Part shown: in pieces, positions 37,132-49,183 of the stretch
Position numbering within the stretch: the first letter of the stretch is position 1
How the letters are laid out: each line of letters opens with the position of its first letter
Source of the DNA: Minisyncoccota bacterium
GTDB lineage: Bacteria; Patescibacteriota; Minisyncoccia; Phycocordibacterales; UBA9973
Direction: 5' to 3'
Assembly (NCBI GenBank): GCA_041665925.1
Contig: JBAYHW010000005.1
Location: forward strand, 13,819-77,818
DNA: 64,000 nucleotides
Made by a program: the position numbers and the translations under genes
Notes under the pieces: generated by a model
What the model was told of the DNA's origin: nothing
Database searches by the model: none
The model's input: only the letters and a program-made list of their open reading frames with translations

Positions 37132-37779
37132 ATGCGTTTTCATATAATTACAATTTTCCCCGAGGTGTTCGATTCTTATCTGAAAGAGTCTATTATTGGG
37201 CGCGGAATTAAGAATCAATTAATTGATGTAAAATTCTACAATCCAAGAGATTTTATCAAAGCACCGAAGAATAATTACAAACCAGTAGACGACAAGCCTT
37301 ATGGCGGGGGACCAGGTATGGTGATGCGTGCTGAACCGATACTGAAAGCAGTAGAAGCTGTATTGAAAAAAATTAAAAGTAAAAAACTTCTTATTATCAA
37401 TTTTATTCCGACGGCACCAAAATTTACTACTTCTTCTGCTAAAATACTTTCTAAAAAATACACTGACCTAATTTTAATTTGTGGCAGGTATGAAGGCATA
37501 GACGCCCGAATAGATAAGATTTTGAAAACTAAAAAGTTTTCTGTGGGGGATTATGTGCTCACGGGTGGGGAGCTTCCTGCGATGATTTTAATTGACTCCA
37601 TTTCTCGTCAGGTTAAAGGGGTCCTCGGTAAATACGAATCCCTAGAAGAAGAACGAGTCTCCAGTAGTGAAGTCTATACTCGTCCAGAAATTTTAAAATA
37701 CAAGAATAAAAATTACAAAGTGCCTAAAGTTTTACTCTCCGGCAACCATAAAAAGATAGACGAGTGGAAAAGGAGATAA
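37132..37779 (+). CDS. trmD: tRNA (guanine37-N1)-methyltransferase
   Basis: MRFHIITIFPEVF... and the SPOUT knot motifs (LICGRYEGIDAR, GGELPAM). An alternative start is the ATG at 37123. The track's 37063 start is an upstream extension with no support. Confidence 0.88.
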   Translation: MRFHIITIFPEVFDSYLKESIIGRGIKNQLIDVKFYNPRDFIKAPKNNYKPVDDKPYGGGPGMVMRAEPILKAVEAVLKKIKSKKLLIINFIPTAPKFTTSSAKILSKKYTDLILICGRYEGIDARIDKILKTKKFSVGDYVLTGGELPAMILIDSISRQVKGVLGKYESLEEERVSSSEVYTRPEILKYKNKNYKVPKVLLSGNHKKIDEWKRR

Positions 37780-38000
37780 TATCCACAGAAAATATTTGAC
37801 AAAAGGAGGGAAATAGAGTAGGCTATTTGAGATTCATTGATTGAGTATCGGATGCAATCCTCGTTTTATTAATAGGTGTTTATTAATAAGTATATCCGAC
37901 GTTAGTTAATAAGAAGTAAAAAGAAGCTAAAGAAAAGCATTTTTCGTCTGTTTTTCTTTTGTTTTTGTTTCTTCTGGTTGCTATCTAGGGCTCAATCAAT

Positions 38001-41000
38001 ATGCAAAAAGCACACGCTCGTCCTAAGAAGTATTTTGGCAGATACAAGAAGCCTCTTGTAGAGTTTCCTAATTTAATAGAAGCCCAAGTCAAAAGTTTCA
38101 AATGGCTCATCGAGACGGGCATTGGGGAAGTCTTTAAAGAATTCTCTCCGATCATAGACTACTCTGGTAAAAAGTTTCAATTGGAATTCACCTCTTTTTC
38201 TTTAGGTGAATCCAAGACTGACGAAAATAATTCTAAAATAAATAAACTCTCTTACCAAGGGCTACTAAAGGCGCGAGTAAAATTGACGAATAAAATTCTT
38301 GGCACCGTGAAAGAACAGGAGATATTCATGTCTGAGCTTCCTCTCATGACTCCACACGGGACATTTATCATAAACGGCGTAGAGCGCGTCATTGTGCCTC
38401 AGCTTGCACGAAGCTTCGGAGTTTTCTTTACCGAATCTGAAACTAAAGGTACACGATATTTCGGAGCGAAGGTTATCCCAGCTCGCGGAGTATGGATTGA
38501 GATAGAGTCTGAAGCAGACGGGGGTATATACATAAGAATAGACAAGAAAAGAAAGTTCCCAGCGACGGCGCTTCTTCGAGCTATGGGTTATGAGACGAAC
38601 GAGATGATCATAGAAGCATTTAAGGGTAATCCAGCAATCCAAGAAACTATTAAAAACTCTTTAGCTAAGGACGGGGTTAAGAGTTTGAACGACGCCTACA
38701 TAGAAATATATAAACGTCTCCGAGACGGGGACATGGCGACAGCAGACAATGCTAAAGAATTTATTAATTCTTTATTTACCCCCGAGAGATACGATCTCTC
38801 TCCTGTCGGACGCTTCCGATTTAATCAAAGATTTAATAAAGACATGGGAGAAACAGAAATGGCTCGCCGAGTTATTTCTAAAGAAGACTTGGTGACGGTT
38901 ATTTCACACATTGTATCTTTAAACAACACCCCCCTAGCGAAAGCAGACGACATAGATCACCTAGGTCAAAGACGAGTACGTTTCGTTGGAGAAATTTTAC
39001 AGCAAAAGATTCGTACAGGTATGATGCAAATCAAAAGAAACATTCAAGACCGAATGTCTATTATTGATGTAGATACAGCTATGCCGATAGCTATCATAAA
39101 CCAGCGTCCACTCCAGGCTAGAATTAAAGAATTTTTCACTACGAACCAACTTTCACAATTTATGGCGCAGGAAAATGTTCTCTACGAGATAGAACACCTA
39201 CGCACACTCTCGGCGCTTGGGCCCGGAGGACTAACTCGTGAACGAGCAGGGCTCGAAGTTCGTGACGTGCACCCTTCGCACTACGGACGCGTGTGTCCTA
39301 TTCATACTCCTGAAGGTCCAAACATCGGACTTATTTTACACCTTTCCACTTACGCAAAAATAAATGATTTCGGAATTATTGAAACTCCTTATGCAAAAGT
39401 AAAAAATGGCAAAATCACTTCCGAAATAGTTTACTTAAATGCACTAGAAGAAGAAAAGTACAACATTGCGCATGCGGGTATTCCTTATGACGAAGAAGGA
39501 AAAATCACTAAAGATAAAGTAGAAGCTAGAATTAAAACAGAACCCGGAATGGTCGCTCGCGACCAAGTGGACTTCATTGACGTTGCTCCGAACCAAGCTT
39601 TCTCTATCGCTACATCCATGATTCCGTTTTTGGAACACAACAATGCGAACCGTGCACTCATGGGTAGTAACATGCAGAAGCAAGCTGTGCCTTGCGTGCT
39701 TCCAGAGATGCCACTAGTTGCGACAGGCATAGAAGAATTAGCGTCTCGAGATTCAGGCAGACTCATAATTGCGCTCGAGGACGGAGTTGTATCTTACCTA
39801 GATGCCAAGAAAATAGTGGTCAAAGGGAAAGACGAAAAACATGAAAAAACTTATCCGTTAATTAACTTCTTACGAAACAACAACTTTGCAGTTTTTCATC
39901 AGCGTCCGCTTGTGAACGTCGGAGATAAGATAAAGAAGGGAGATGTGCTTGCAGATACTTCTAGTACCGTTAATGGGCAGATTTCTCTAGGTCAGAATAT
40001 TTTCTTGGCCTTTTTGTCATGGTCTGGGTCTACATACGAAGACGCGATTATTATTTCTGAAAGATTAGTCAAACAAAGTAAATTTACCAGTGTTTATGTG
40101 GAAGAATTTACAGCTGTAGTTCGTGATACTAAGCTTGGGCCTGAAATTACAACTCGAGATATTCCTAATGTCGGAGAATTAAAATTAAAAGATTTGGATG
40201 AAGATGGAATCGTGCGCATCGGAGCTGAAGTTCGCGAAAACGATATTTTGGTTGGTAAAATTACACCAAAAGGTGAGACAGAGCTTACCCCAGAAGAAAG
40301 ATTGCTTCGTTCAATATTCGCTGAAAAAGCACGTGATGTGAAAGATACATCACTTCGTATGGAACACGGTAAACGTGGACGCATCATCGGAGTAAAGATT
40401 TTCTCTCGTGACTTAGGCCACACCCTTGAAGCAGGAATCATAAAAAAGATTGTTATAGAAGTTGCTCAGATTAGAAATATTTCTGTCGGAGATAAGCTCT
40501 CAGGACGACACGGAAACAAAGGCGTTATCTCTATGATTCTTCCAGAAGAAGATATGCCTTATACCGCAGATGGAACACCAGTAGACATTATATTGTCACC
40601 ACTCGGCGTGCCTTCTCGTATGAACTTGGGACAAATTTTAGAAATGCATCTCGGTATGGCGGCAAATAGTCTGGGTTATCAGGCTATCGTCCCTCCATTC
40701 TTAGGAGCAAAACATGAAGAAATCAGAGAAGAATTAGTGAAAGCGGGGTTACCAGAAAACGGCAAACTTAAACTTTTCGACGGTCGCACCGGAGAAGCTT
40801 TCCAGCAAGATATAGCCGTAGGTTATATGTATATGCTCAAATTGCACCACATGGTGGAAGACAAGATTCATATGCGTTCTATTGGTCCTTACTCACTTAT
40901 CACTCAGCAACCGCTCGGAGGTAAAGCTCAGGGTGGAGGCCAGAGATTCGGAGAAATGGAAGTCTGGGCACTTGAAGGTTACGGGGCAGCTTATACTCTC

Positions 41001-41180
41001 CGTGAAATGCTTACTATTAAATCTGACGATATTCTCGGAAGATCAGCTACTTTTGATTCCATTATTAAAAATGAAACCATCAGACCACCAAATTCACCAG
41101 CATCGTTTAATGTTCTTCTAAATTATTTGCGAGGTCTAGCGCTTGATGTCGATTTAAAAAAAGGAGCAAATAACGAATAA
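38001..41180 (+). CDS. rpoB: DNA-directed RNA polymerase beta subunit (compact, 1059 aa)
   Basis: Conserved beta-subunit blocks, for example GDKLSGRHGNKGVIS and the GGQRFGEMEVWALE region. Confidence 0.95.
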   Translation: MQKAHARPKKYFGRYKKPLVEFPNLIEAQVKSFKWLIETGIGEVFKEFSPIIDYSGKKFQLEFTSFSLGESKTDENNSKINKLSYQGLLKARVKLTNKILGTVKEQEIFMSELPLMTPHGTFIINGVERVIVPQLARSFGVFFTESETKGTRYFGAKVIPARGVWIEIESEADGGIYIRIDKKRKFPATALLRAMGYETNEMIIEAFKGNPAIQETIKNSLAKDGVKSLNDAYIEIYKRLRDGDMATADNAKEFINSLFTPERYDLSPVGRFRFNQRFNKDMGETEMARRVISKEDLVTVISHIVSLNNTPLAKADDIDHLGQRRVRFVGEILQQKIRTGMMQIKRNIQDRMSIIDVDTAMPIAIINQRPLQARIKEFFTTNQLSQFMAQENVLYEIEHLRTLSALGPGGLTRERAGLEVRDVHPSHYGRVCPIHTPEGPNIGLILHLSTYAKINDFGIIETPYAKVKNGKITSEIVYLNALEEEKYNIAHAGIPYDEEGKITKDKVEARIKTEPGMVARDQVDFIDVAPNQAFSIATSMIPFLEHNNANRALMGSNMQKQAVPCVLPEMPLVATGIEELASRDSGRLIIALEDGVVSYLDAKKIVVKGKDEKHEKTYPLINFLRNNNFAVFHQRPLVNVGDKIKKGDVLADTSSTVNGQISLGQNIFLAFLSWSGSTYEDAIIISERLVKQSKFTSVYVEEFTAVVRDTKLGPEITTRDIPNVGELKLKDLDEDGIVRIGAEVRENDILVGKITPKGETELTPEERLLRSIFAEKARDVKDTSLRMEHGKRGRIIGVKIFSRDLGHTLEAGIIKKIVIEVAQIRNISVGDKLSGRHGNKGVISMILPEEDMPYTADGTPVDIILSPLGVPSRMNLGQILEMHLGMAANSLGYQAIVPPFLGAKHEEIREELVKAGLPENGKLKLFDGRTGEAFQQDIAVGYMYMLKLHHMVEDKIHMRSIGPYSLITQQPLGGKAQGGGQRFGEMEVWALEGYGAAYTLREMLTIKSDDILGRSATFDSIIKNETIRPPNSPASFNVLLNYLRGLALDVDLKKGANNE

Positions 41181-41185
41181 AACAT

Positions 41186-44100
41186 ATGAAAACATTAAAT
41201 ACAACAGAATTTGACAGTATTGCATTAAGACTGGCATCTCCAGATCAAATCAAGGAGTGGTCCTTTGGTGAAGTCACTAAACCAGAAACGATAAATTATC
41301 GTACTGGCCGAAGTGAACGCGGAGGTCTTTTTGATGAAAAAATATTTGGACCTGAAAAAGACTACGAATGTTACTGCGGGAAATATCGCCGAATTCGTTA
41401 TAAAGATATTATTTGTGAAAAATGCGGAGTTGAAGTTACCCGTTCTATAGTTCGCAGGGAGAGAATGGGACACATAGAACTCTCTACACCTGTGTCTCAT
41501 ATTTGGTTTTTACGTGGAGTTCCTTCTAGAATGAGTATCTTATTAAATATTTCTGTGTCCGATCTCGAGAAGGTTATATACTTCGCTGGATACATAATCA
41601 CTAAAGTTCACGAAGAAGAAAAAGAATCCATTCTTTCTGGGCTAGACAAGGAATATAAAACGAAATTAAAGAATTCTGCTGATGATGATACTCGAGAGAA
41701 ATTGAAAAATTTGCTTTCAGTTACTAAGAAAGAAATTGGAGAAATTTATGAAGGAAAAGTGTTAAACGAAATTTCATTCCATCATTATTCTCTTAAATAC
41801 GGTACATGCTTTGAAGCAAACATAGGGGCAGAAGCTATCTATTCTATTTTCAAAAATCTTGATTTAAACAAACTCAAAAATCTTACCGAAAAGATGCTTG
41901 AAAAAGCGAGCGCAGCTGAAAAGGAAAAGTTGCAGAAAAGGCTTTCATTAATTCGTGCCATGACTTATGCAGGTATTCGCCCAGAATGGATGTTCCTCAC
42001 TGTTATCCCAGTTATTCCTCCAGTTCTTCGCCCGATGGTGGCGCTTGACGGGGGAAGGCACGCGACTTCTGACTTGAATGATTTGTATCGTCGAGTTATA
42101 AATAGAAACAATCGTTTAAAGAAATTAAAAGAGATAAATGCTCCTGACGTTATTCTTAGAAACGAAAAAAGAATTATTCAAGAAGCCGTGGATGCGCTTA
42201 TAGACAACTCTATCGCGAAACAAAATGATTCTGCAGCAATGAGCCAGTCTCAGAAACGCCCGCTCAAGTCTCTTTCTGATAACTTGAAGTCCAAACAAGG
42301 TCTTTTCCGTCAAAATTTGCTCGGTAAACGCGTGGATTACTCTGGGCGTTCAGTTATTGTTGTCGGTCCACAGTTGAAACTTAATCAATGTGGACTTCCG
42401 AAGCATATGGCTCTGGAGCTTTTCCGTCCATTCGTTATCTCTAAGATTCTGCAGGCTGAGCTTGCCTTCAACATTCGTGGAGCAAATAAATTAATTGAAG
42501 AACGTACTAGTGAAGTCTGGGCAATGCTCGAAGAAGTTATCCAAGGTAAATATGTGCTCTTAAACCGCGCACCGACTTTGCACCGCCTGGGTATTCAGGC
42601 TTTCAATCCGATATTGATCGAAGGCAACGCTATTCAAGTGCATCCTCTTGTGTGTCAGGCCTTTAACGCTGACTTCGACGGAGACCAGATGGCGGTGTAT
42701 GTGCCACTTCTAGAAGAAGCTCAAGCAGAAGCTAGAGACTTGATGGCATCTAATAAAAATTTGCTTAAACCACAGAACGGAGATCCTATTGTTAATCCTA
42801 AAATGGATATGGTGCTTGGAAGTTATTGGATGACTAAATCTGTCGACGGAGAGGTAGGTGAAGGGAAATATTTCTCTAGTCCTAATACAGCTATCACGGC
42901 TTACGATTACGGCGTTGTCTCTTTGCGCGCTAAAATAAAAGTGTTAGCTACTGACTCCCATAAATATAGAAAGTTTGACGGAGGAATTTTCGAAACTTCT
43001 GTCGGAAAACTTTTATTCAATAGTATACTGCCAAATGACTTTGCTTATGTAAATGATGAAATGAACCAAGACAGGTTGTCTTCACTTCTTGATGAAATTA
43101 TTGTTCACTCGGGAGTAGATAACACGCCACCGATACTAGACAAGATAAAAGAATTCGGTTTTAAATACTCTACTGTTTCTGGCACTACTTGGGGATTAGA
43201 TAATGTTTCTCTTTCTCCAGAGAAACCGAAGATTATTGCACAAGGGAAAAAACTAGAAGAAGAAATTATCGCTCAATGGAGCGATGGGTTGCTCTCTGAA
43301 GAGGAAAAATACCAAAAGATTATTGAAATTTGGACTCAAACTAAAAAGAATTTGGAAAAAGTTTTACCAAATACACTTGATAAAAAAGGTTCAACTTATG
43401 ACTTGTTTACTTCTAAGGCGAGAGGAAACATGACTTCCTTGACTCAGATGACAGGGATGATCGGTCTTATCCAAAATAACCAGGGTAAAATTTTGGAATT
43501 TCCAATTATTCCTTGTTATTTAGAAGGATTATCTCCAATTGAATACTTCGTTATTACTCACGGAGCTCGTAAAGGTGCATCTGACACAGCGCTTAACACT
43601 GCTAAAGCTGGATATTTGACTCGAAGACTTGTAGATGTGGCTCAAGACGTGGTGATCACCGAAGAAGACTGCGGTACCAAAGAGGGCAAGATTGTTTCTC
43701 GAGAAAATATCTCAGGAATTGAAATTCCACTTTCTAAAAACATTCGCGGACGTGTCTTAGCTTCCGACTTGAAAGATTCAAGCGGGAAAGTGTTGTACAA
43801 GAGAGGATTTTTAGTTACTAAAGAAGAAGCGTACAACATTGAAGGAGCAGGATTCGCGGAAGTATTCGTTCGCTCACCACTTACTTGTAAAACAGTACAC
43901 GGACTTTGTGTCATGTGTTATGGTCTTGATCTAGGAAGAAATAGACTTGTAGAACCAGGTGAAGCAGTAGGTATTATCGCAGCGCAAGCTATCGGTGAGC
44001 CTGGAACTCAGCTTACTCTTCGTACTTTCCACGCTGGAGGTGTCGCCGGAACAGACATCACCACAGGTCTTCCTCGTGTTGAGGAAATCTTCGAACGAAG

Positions 44101-44794
44101 AATTCCAAAGAACCCAGCTATAATTTCTGAAACAGATGGAGAAGTCCTATCTATTACTGCTAAGGACGGAAAAGAAAAAGTAATTAAGGTCTTGTCCGAT
44201 TCAAAAGAAGACGGCAAGAAAAACGAAATGGAATACATTGTCGCTTTCCGCAGAACACCTATCGTCAAAGCAGGGGATTCTGTAAAGAAAGGACAACTAT
44301 TGACTGACGGTTCTGCTGATATTGCCGAAATGTTTAAACTAGGAAGTAAGGAATTAGTTGAAGAATATATTATCGGTGAAATAAATAAAGTTTACGAATT
44401 ACAGAGTGCGTCCATCTCTAGAAAGCATACAGAGATAATTATTCGTCAGATGTTCTCTCGCCGAAAGATTAAAGATGCCGGAGAGACGAATTTTTCAGCT
44501 GGAGATATCGTTGAAAATACGGCTTTCATTGAAGAAAACGTAAGAGTGGAAGACATAAATGGGAAAAAAGCTACAGCAGAAATAGTGGTACTTGGTATTA
44601 CTGAAGTTTCTCTCCGCACCAAGAGCTGGCTCTCTGCGGCTTCATTCCAAAATACTAACCGTGTCTTAATCGAGAATGCTATCAAGGGTGGAGTAGACTC
44701 ACTCCGAGGCTTGAAAGAAAACGTCATCATCGGACGATTAATTCCAGCAGGAACTGGATTTAAGGGTAAAGTTGTTTCTGTTAAAGAGGAATAA
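41186..44794 (+). CDS. rpoC: DNA-directed RNA polymerase beta' subunit
   Basis: The zinc-binding N-terminus [23 protein letters not shown], the catalytic [11 protein letters not shown] motif and the trigger loop. Confidence 0.95.
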   Translation: MKTLNTTEFDSIALRLASPDQIKEWSFGEVTKPETINYRTGRSERGGLFDEKIFGPEKDYECYCGKYRRIRYKDIICEKCGVEVTRSIVRRERMGHIELSTPVSHIWFLRGVPSRMSILLNISVSDLEKVIYFAGYIITKVHEEEKESILSGLDKEYKTKLKNSADDDTREKLKNLLSVTKKEIGEIYEGKVLNEISFHHYSLKYGTCFEANIGAEAIYSIFKNLDLNKLKNLTEKMLEKASAAEKEKLQKRLSLIRAMTYAGIRPEWMFLTVIPVIPPVLRPMVALDGGRHATSDLNDLYRRVINRNNRLKKLKEINAPDVILRNEKRIIQEAVDALIDNSIAKQNDSAAMSQSQKRPLKSLSDNLKSKQGLFRQNLLGKRVDYSGRSVIVVGPQLKLNQCGLPKHMALELFRPFVISKILQAELAFNIRGANKLIEERTSEVWAMLEEVIQGKYVLLNRAPTLHRLGIQAFNPILIEGNAIQVHPLVCQAFNADFDGDQMAVYVPLLEEAQAEARDLMASNKNLLKPQNGDPIVNPKMDMVLGSYWMTKSVDGEVGEGKYFSSPNTAITAYDYGVVSLRAKIKVLATDSHKYRKFDGGIFETSVGKLLFNSILPNDFAYVNDEMNQDRLSSLLDEIIVHSGVDNTPPILDKIKEFGFKYSTVSGTTWGLDNVSLSPEKPKIIAQGKKLEEEIIAQWSDGLLSEEEKYQKIIEIWTQTKKNLEKVLPNTLDKKGSTYDLFTSKARGNMTSLTQMTGMIGLIQNNQGKILEFPIIPCYLEGLSPIEYFVITHGARKGASDTALNTAKAGYLTRRLVDVAQDVVITEEDCGTKEGKIVSRENISGIEIPLSKNIRGRVLASDLKDSSGKVLYKRGFLVTKEEAYNIEGAGFAEVFVRSPLTCKTVHGLCVMCYGLDLGRNRLVEPGEAVGIIAAQAIGEPGTQLTLRTFHAGGVAGTDITTGLPRVEEIFERRIPKNPAIISETDGEVLSITAKDGKEKVIKVLSDSKEDGKKNEMEYIVAFRRTPIVKAGDSVKKGQLLTDGSADIAEMFKLGSKELVEEYIIGEINKVYELQSASISRKHTEIIIRQMFSRRKIKDAGETNFSAGDIVENTAFIEENVRVEDINGKKATAEIVVLGITEVSLRTKSWLSAASFQNTNRVLIENAIKGGVDSLRGLKENVIIGRLIPAGTGFKGKVVSVKEE

Positions 44795-44802
44795 AATTAT
44801 TT

Positions 44803-46536
44803 ATGAACTCTCCCGTTACTAAAATTAAGGAGAGGCTATCAATTGAAGAAGTAGTCTCTTCTTATATAAAGTTAGAAAGAGCGGGCGCGAACCTGAAGGC
44901 TCGGTGTCCTTTTCACAACGAGAAGACACCATCTTTCTTTATTTCTACAGACAGGGGAACATATTATTGTTTTGGTTGCGGGGCTTCCGGGGACATCTTT
45001 ACTTTCGTGGAAGAATTTGAAGGCCTGGACTTCAAGGGTGCATTGAAGCTTCTCGCTGATAGAGCAGGAGTACCTCTTGAAACTTATACACCTGCGATGA
45101 AAGAGGCCGAAAGCGAGAAAGAGAAGATTTACAGGGTGATGGAAGAATCGACGCAATATTTTGAAAATAATTTAACAACTAATGCTGAAGCATTGAATTA
45201 TTTGAAATCTCGTGGATTAAATGAAAAAAGTATCAAAGATTTCAGAATTGGCTTTGCAATACTGGATTGGCGTAAACTTTACGACTACTTAAAATCTAAA
45301 AACTTTTCTGAAAAAGAAATCGAACGTGCGGGCTTAGGAAAAAAGCCAGAAGATGCCGGCAAGGCTATGTACGATAGATTCCGTGGGCGAATAATGTTTC
45401 CTATTGCTGACTCTAGCGGAAGGGTAGTAGCTTTTTCTGGAAGATTATTTGTTGAAGATAATAAATCCGCAAAATACTTAAACAGCCCAGAAACACCTAT
45501 TTTTAGCAAAAATGCAGTACTTTATGGAATAGACAAAGCCAAAGATTCTATTCGTAAAAATAATTTCTCTATTTTAGTGGAAGGGCAGATGGATCTTATT
45601 CTTTCACACCAAGCTGGATACAAGAATACCGTAGCTACTTCTGGGACAGCTCTATCTGATTCTACAGTTTCTAAAGAGCGGGTTGTCAGCAACCTTGGGC
45701 TCATACGGCGTCTGTCTAGTAACCTCGTGCTTGCTTTTGATGCTGATAAAGCTGGGGCAAATGCGACTATTCGAGCGGGGAAGATAGCTCTTTCTCTCGG
45801 GATGGACGTAAAGGTTGTAGAAATGGGGGATGGGGTTGACCCAGCCGATTTGATTGTTAAGACGGGAGTAGATGCCTGGAGAGAAGCCATAAAGAATTCA
45901 AAGCATATAATAGAATTTCTATTAAATAAAGTTTTAAAAAGTGTAAATGGGGATATGCGTAAAGCGGGGAGAGAGATAAAAAGCGTTATCCTGCCTTTCG
46001 TTAATGCCCTTGAAAGCTCAATAGAAAAAATGTTTTTTCTCAAAAAGATTAGTGACCAATCTGGTATTTCTATTGATGCCTTACAGGATGATTTAAAGAA
46101 GATTGAAGAAGAATTAAAATATGAAAAAGAAGAAATTAAAGAAGCAGGAGAAGCTTTGAAAAAATTATACAGGAAGGATTACATAGAGCGTAAACTCTTA
46201 GGTATAGCTCTCTGGCAGAAGACACTAGAGACACCGACGGTAGATTTCGAAACTATTTTTAATAAATTAGGAGAAGTTGTAAAAAAGTATGAAGACATAA
46301 AACAAGACCTTATTTTTGAAGCCGAAGTATTTTATACAAATAACGAGAATTTAGACAAGAGTGTCCAAGAGATGTTCCTGAATCTTGAAGAAGAACATAT
46401 TAATGAAGAATTGAGTAAAAAATTACTAGAATTAAATAAAGAACCTGACGAAGAAAAAGGGAAACGAGTTTTACAAGAAATTAACGAATTAAATAAGAAA
46501 AAAGAGCATATTAAAAATAGTCGAATGAAAAAATAA
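44803..46536 (+). CDS. dnaG: DNA primase
   Basis: The zinc ribbon CPFHNEKTPSF...CFGCGASGD, the Toprim motif EGQMDLI, and dnaG-rpoD synteny. Confidence 0.9.
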   Translation: MNSPVTKIKERLSIEEVVSSYIKLERAGANLKARCPFHNEKTPSFFISTDRGTYYCFGCGASGDIFTFVEEFEGLDFKGALKLLADRAGVPLETYTPAMKEAESEKEKIYRVMEESTQYFENNLTTNAEALNYLKSRGLNEKSIKDFRIGFAILDWRKLYDYLKSKNFSEKEIERAGLGKKPEDAGKAMYDRFRGRIMFPIADSSGRVVAFSGRLFVEDNKSAKYLNSPETPIFSKNAVLYGIDKAKDSIRKNNFSILVEGQMDLILSHQAGYKNTVATSGTALSDSTVSKERVVSNLGLIRRLSSNLVLAFDADKAGANATIRAGKIALSLGMDVKVVEMGDGVDPADLIVKTGVDAWREAIKNSKHIIEFLLNKVLKSVNGDMRKAGREIKSVILPFVNALESSIEKMFFLKKISDQSGISIDALQDDLKKIEEELKYEKEEIKEAGEALKKLYRKDYIERKLLGIALWQKTLETPTVDFETIFNKLGEVVKKYEDIKQDLIFEAEVFYTNNENLDKSVQEMFLNLEEEHINEELSKKLLELNKEPDEEKGKRVLQEINELNKKKEHIKNSRMKK

Positions 46537-46539
46537 TAT

Positions 46540-47769
46540 ATGAAAAAGAAAAACAAAAAATTAAAGAAAAAAGCTAAGGTTGTAAAAAAGACGAAGACTA
46601 AAAAAGTTAAGGTAAAAAAAGCGAAAAAGTTAAAAAAGCAAAAGAAGGTTGCAAAAAAAGTTGCCAAGAAGGAGAAAGTAAAAAAACTATCTTCTGGTGA
46701 GAAAAAGGCAGAGAACCTTAATCGTATTTCTAATGAATTAATAGAAAAGGGGAGAAAAAGAGGTTTCATTACTTATGACGAAATACTAAAAACTTTTCCA
46801 GATATAGAAAATAATATTTTGTTTTTAGACGAACTATACGAAAAGTTCTCTATTGCGGGTATTGATGTGCTCGAAGGTGGGAATTTGTTGAACTTAGATC
46901 TTGATTTAAATGATAAAGATTTGAATAAAGGGTCTATGCATGACTCCATTCAGATGTATTTGAAAGAAATAGGGCAGTATCCACTTATTCACGCCGGAGA
47001 CGAAAAGGATTTAGCTAAAAGAATTGAACACGGAGATCTTGAAGCCAAAAATTTACTTGCTAGAGCAAACTTACGTCTGGTGGTTTCTATTGCTAAGAAA
47101 TATGTGGGGAGAAGTGCGAATCTCACCCTTCTCGACCTTATTCAGGAAGGGAATTTAGGGCTTTTTAAGGCAGTGGAGAAATTTGACTGGACTAAGGGTT
47201 ATAAATTTTCAACTTACGCTACATGGTGGATTCGTCAGTCTATTACTCGAGCACTTGCAGATCAGTCTCGAACTATCCGCATTCCAGTACACATGGTGGA
47301 GACAATTTCTAAATATAAACAAGTACACAGGAGACTTTCTCAAGATTTAGGGCGAGAGCCATTAGCAGAAGAGATAGCTACAGAGATGGGTATTCCTGTA
47401 GAAAAAATTCATGTGATTGAAAATATCTCTCAGGAAACAGTATCACTAGAGCAGCCAGTTGGAGATGATGACGATAAGTCAACACTAGAGAATTTTATTC
47501 CAGATGATAAGATTTTACGACCAGACCAAGAATCTTCTCGCAGAATTCTATCTGACCAAATTCGCGAAGTTCTAGACGAATTAAATCCGAAAGAAAGAAA
47601 GATACTAGAAATGCGTTATGGGTTATTAGATGGAATTCAACACACTCTTGAGCGGGTGGGGGAAGAGTTTGGAGTTACCCGTGAACGTATTCGTCAAATT
47701 GAAGCTAAGGTTCATGAAAAACTTCGCCAACACGAAAAGATTTCACGGCTTAAAAATTACTTTGATTAA
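46540..47769 (+). CDS. rpoD: RNA polymerase primary sigma factor (sigma70 family) with a Lys-rich N-terminal extension
   Basis: Region 2 ([13 protein letters not shown]), region 3 and region 4.2 ([20 protein letters not shown]). Confidence 0.92.
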   Translation: MKKKNKKLKKKAKVVKKTKTKKVKVKKAKKLKKQKKVAKKVAKKEKVKKLSSGEKKAENLNRISNELIEKGRKRGFITYDEILKTFPDIENNILFLDELYEKFSIAGIDVLEGGNLLNLDLDLNDKDLNKGSMHDSIQMYLKEIGQYPLIHAGDEKDLAKRIEHGDLEAKNLLARANLRLVVSIAKKYVGRSANLTLLDLIQEGNLGLFKAVEKFDWTKGYKFSTYATWWIRQSITRALADQSRTIRIPVHMVETISKYKQVHRRLSQDLGREPLAEEIATEMGIPVEKIHVIENISQETVSLEQPVGDDDDKSTLENFIPDDKILRPDQESSRRILSDQIREVLDELNPKERKILEMRYGLLDGIQHTLERVGEEFGVTRERIRQIEAKVHEKLRQHEKISRLKNYFD

Positions 47770-47773
47770 ATTT

Positions 47774-47800
47774 AAAAATCCCCCGTATGGGGGATTTTTA
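47774..47800. terminator. Bidirectional intrinsic terminator AAAAATCCCCC-GTAT-GGGGGATTTTT
   Basis: Perfect symmetric hairpin between the convergent genes rpoD and the DsbA-like gene. Confidence 0.85.
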
Positions 47801-47809
47801 AATTAGGTG

Positions 47810-48607
47810 TTACTTCAGTAAGATTCCCAGTATTTTATTTACCATATCAGTAGGTAAGGCACCATTCATGCTCATTACCTTTTTATTATTAGAACTAAAT
47901 GACACAGCTCCAGGGCTACCAATCGCACTTTCTATATCACTTCGCATCTTCGTAGTTATGTCCTTTTTAGTCATGATTACGTTAAATGGAGTTCCAATTT
48001 GACCACTTTTATTTTTTTCATCTATACTAGCCTGTATTTTATCTTTATATTTTCCACTATCAAGGCAGGAATTAAATTTAGCAACATCTAGTCCAATAGC
48101 TTGTGCTATTTTAGGAAGCTCTGAAACTTCAAGTTTATTGTTAGATTCTGTTCTTTTGAAAACTTCATCTATGTATTGCCAAAAAGCATTATTACCTCCT
48201 TGTTCCCAGGCACATTCTGTGGCCTCTGCTTCATAGAAAGCTTTAGGGTGGAGGCTAGGTATAGGGTAATGTCTGAATACCCACGATACTTTGTTGTCAT
48301 TTTGGGATATAACCTCGTGCATAGTGTTGTGGAAAGATTTGCAGAATGGGCATTCAGTATCTGAGTATTCGACTATTACAACCGGGGCGTCTATATTGCC
48401 CAAAACGTGTTCATCAGCCGAAACCTTTTTAACATTCATTGTAGCTGATCTGTCGTTTGGGTCATTTGTGGGGTTTATTGGTTGTGGAGCAGTACCTCTT
48501 AATAAGATAGCTCCAGCTATTAATGCGCCAGCTATAATTATTGCTCCAACTATAGGTTTCTGGCTATTGGTATTATGTTGTTTGTTTTCAAGGTTATTTT
48601 CTTCCAT
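47810..48607 (-). CDS. DsbA-family thiol:disulfide oxidoreductase, membrane-anchored (265 aa)
   Basis: N-terminal TM, a thioredoxin fold with CPFCKSF, and a cis-Pro region. Confidence 0.8.
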   Translation of the reverse strand: MEENNLENKQHNTNSQKPIVGAIIIAGALIAGAILLRGTAPQPINPTNDPNDRSATMNVKKVSADEHVLGNIDAPVVIVEYSDTECPFCKSFHNTMHEVISQNDNKVSWVFRHYPIPSLHPKAFYEAEATECAWEQGGNNAFWQYIDEVFKRTESNNKLEVSELPKIAQAIGLDVAKFNSCLDSGKYKDKIQASIDEKNKSGQIGTPFNVIMTKKDITTKMRSDIESAIGSPGAVSFSSNNKKVMSMNGALPTDMVNKILGILLK

Positions 48608-48801
48608 AATTTTTTATTATTATTTAGTAATGTCCTATTGTAGCATAAATTTTTAATATGATATAATACAAACATTAACATAAATCTGCCCGACTGAATA
48701 GTCGTTCAGGCGGGGGCCTTTTAATAAATTAACTGTTCTACGTAAGTAGGACTACAAAAAATATGTGTAATGTAAATGGTAAGTGTGGCTGGGGAGGGTG
48801 T

Positions 48802-49059
48802 ATGTGTTCAAAGATAGGTAGAGTTCTACTTATTGTTGGAGGTTTAAATTGGGGTGTGTTTGGTGTCGGTTTGTTGATGGGGAGTGAAATAAACGTAGTA
48901 AATATGCTTTTAGGTAAGTGGCCAATGGTAGAGGGGCTTGTATATGTGCTCGTAGGACTTTCTGCACTTATAAAAATGTTTGGCTGTAAGTGTAAAAAAT
49001 GTAAAGAAGCATGTATGGCTTGCTGTGCTGAAGAAGGAAAAATGGAAGAAAAGATGTAA
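48802..49059 (+). CDS. DUF378-family small membrane protein with a Cys-rich C-terminal tail (about 85 aa)
   Basis: LLIVGGLNWGVFGVGLL is DUF378-like. The tail is CKCKKCKEACMACC. The ATG at 48802 is preferred because GGGGAGGG lies 4 nt upstream. The track ORF from 48763 adds a second Cys-rich N-terminal extension. Confidence 0.65.
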   Translation: MCSKIGRVLLIVGGLNWGVFGVGLLMGSEINVVNMLLGKWPMVEGLVYVLVGLSALIKMFGCKCKKCKEACMACCAEEGKMEEKM

Positions 49060-49074
49060 TTTTCTGTAAATTAT

Positions 49075-49109
49075 CCAAAAAACCCCTTACTTACGTACGG
49101 GTTTTTTGG
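49075..49109 (+). terminator. Intrinsic terminator CCAAAAAACCC-loop-GGGTTTTTTGG
   Basis: Seen in the sequence after the DUF378 gene. Confidence 0.7.
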
Positions 49110-49183
49110 ATTATCAATACACTTAAGCATAAGTGTATTGAGTTTACATTTAACATAGAAAGTGTTATATTAGCTATGATATT

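Noticed and set aside
38265-46769. Numerous 60-170-aa minus-strand ORFs inside rpoB, rpoC, dnaG and rpoD (for example 45522-46043, 46332-46769)
   Set aside because: They are antisense to highly conserved essential genes, the products are low-complexity, and none has its own initiation signals.
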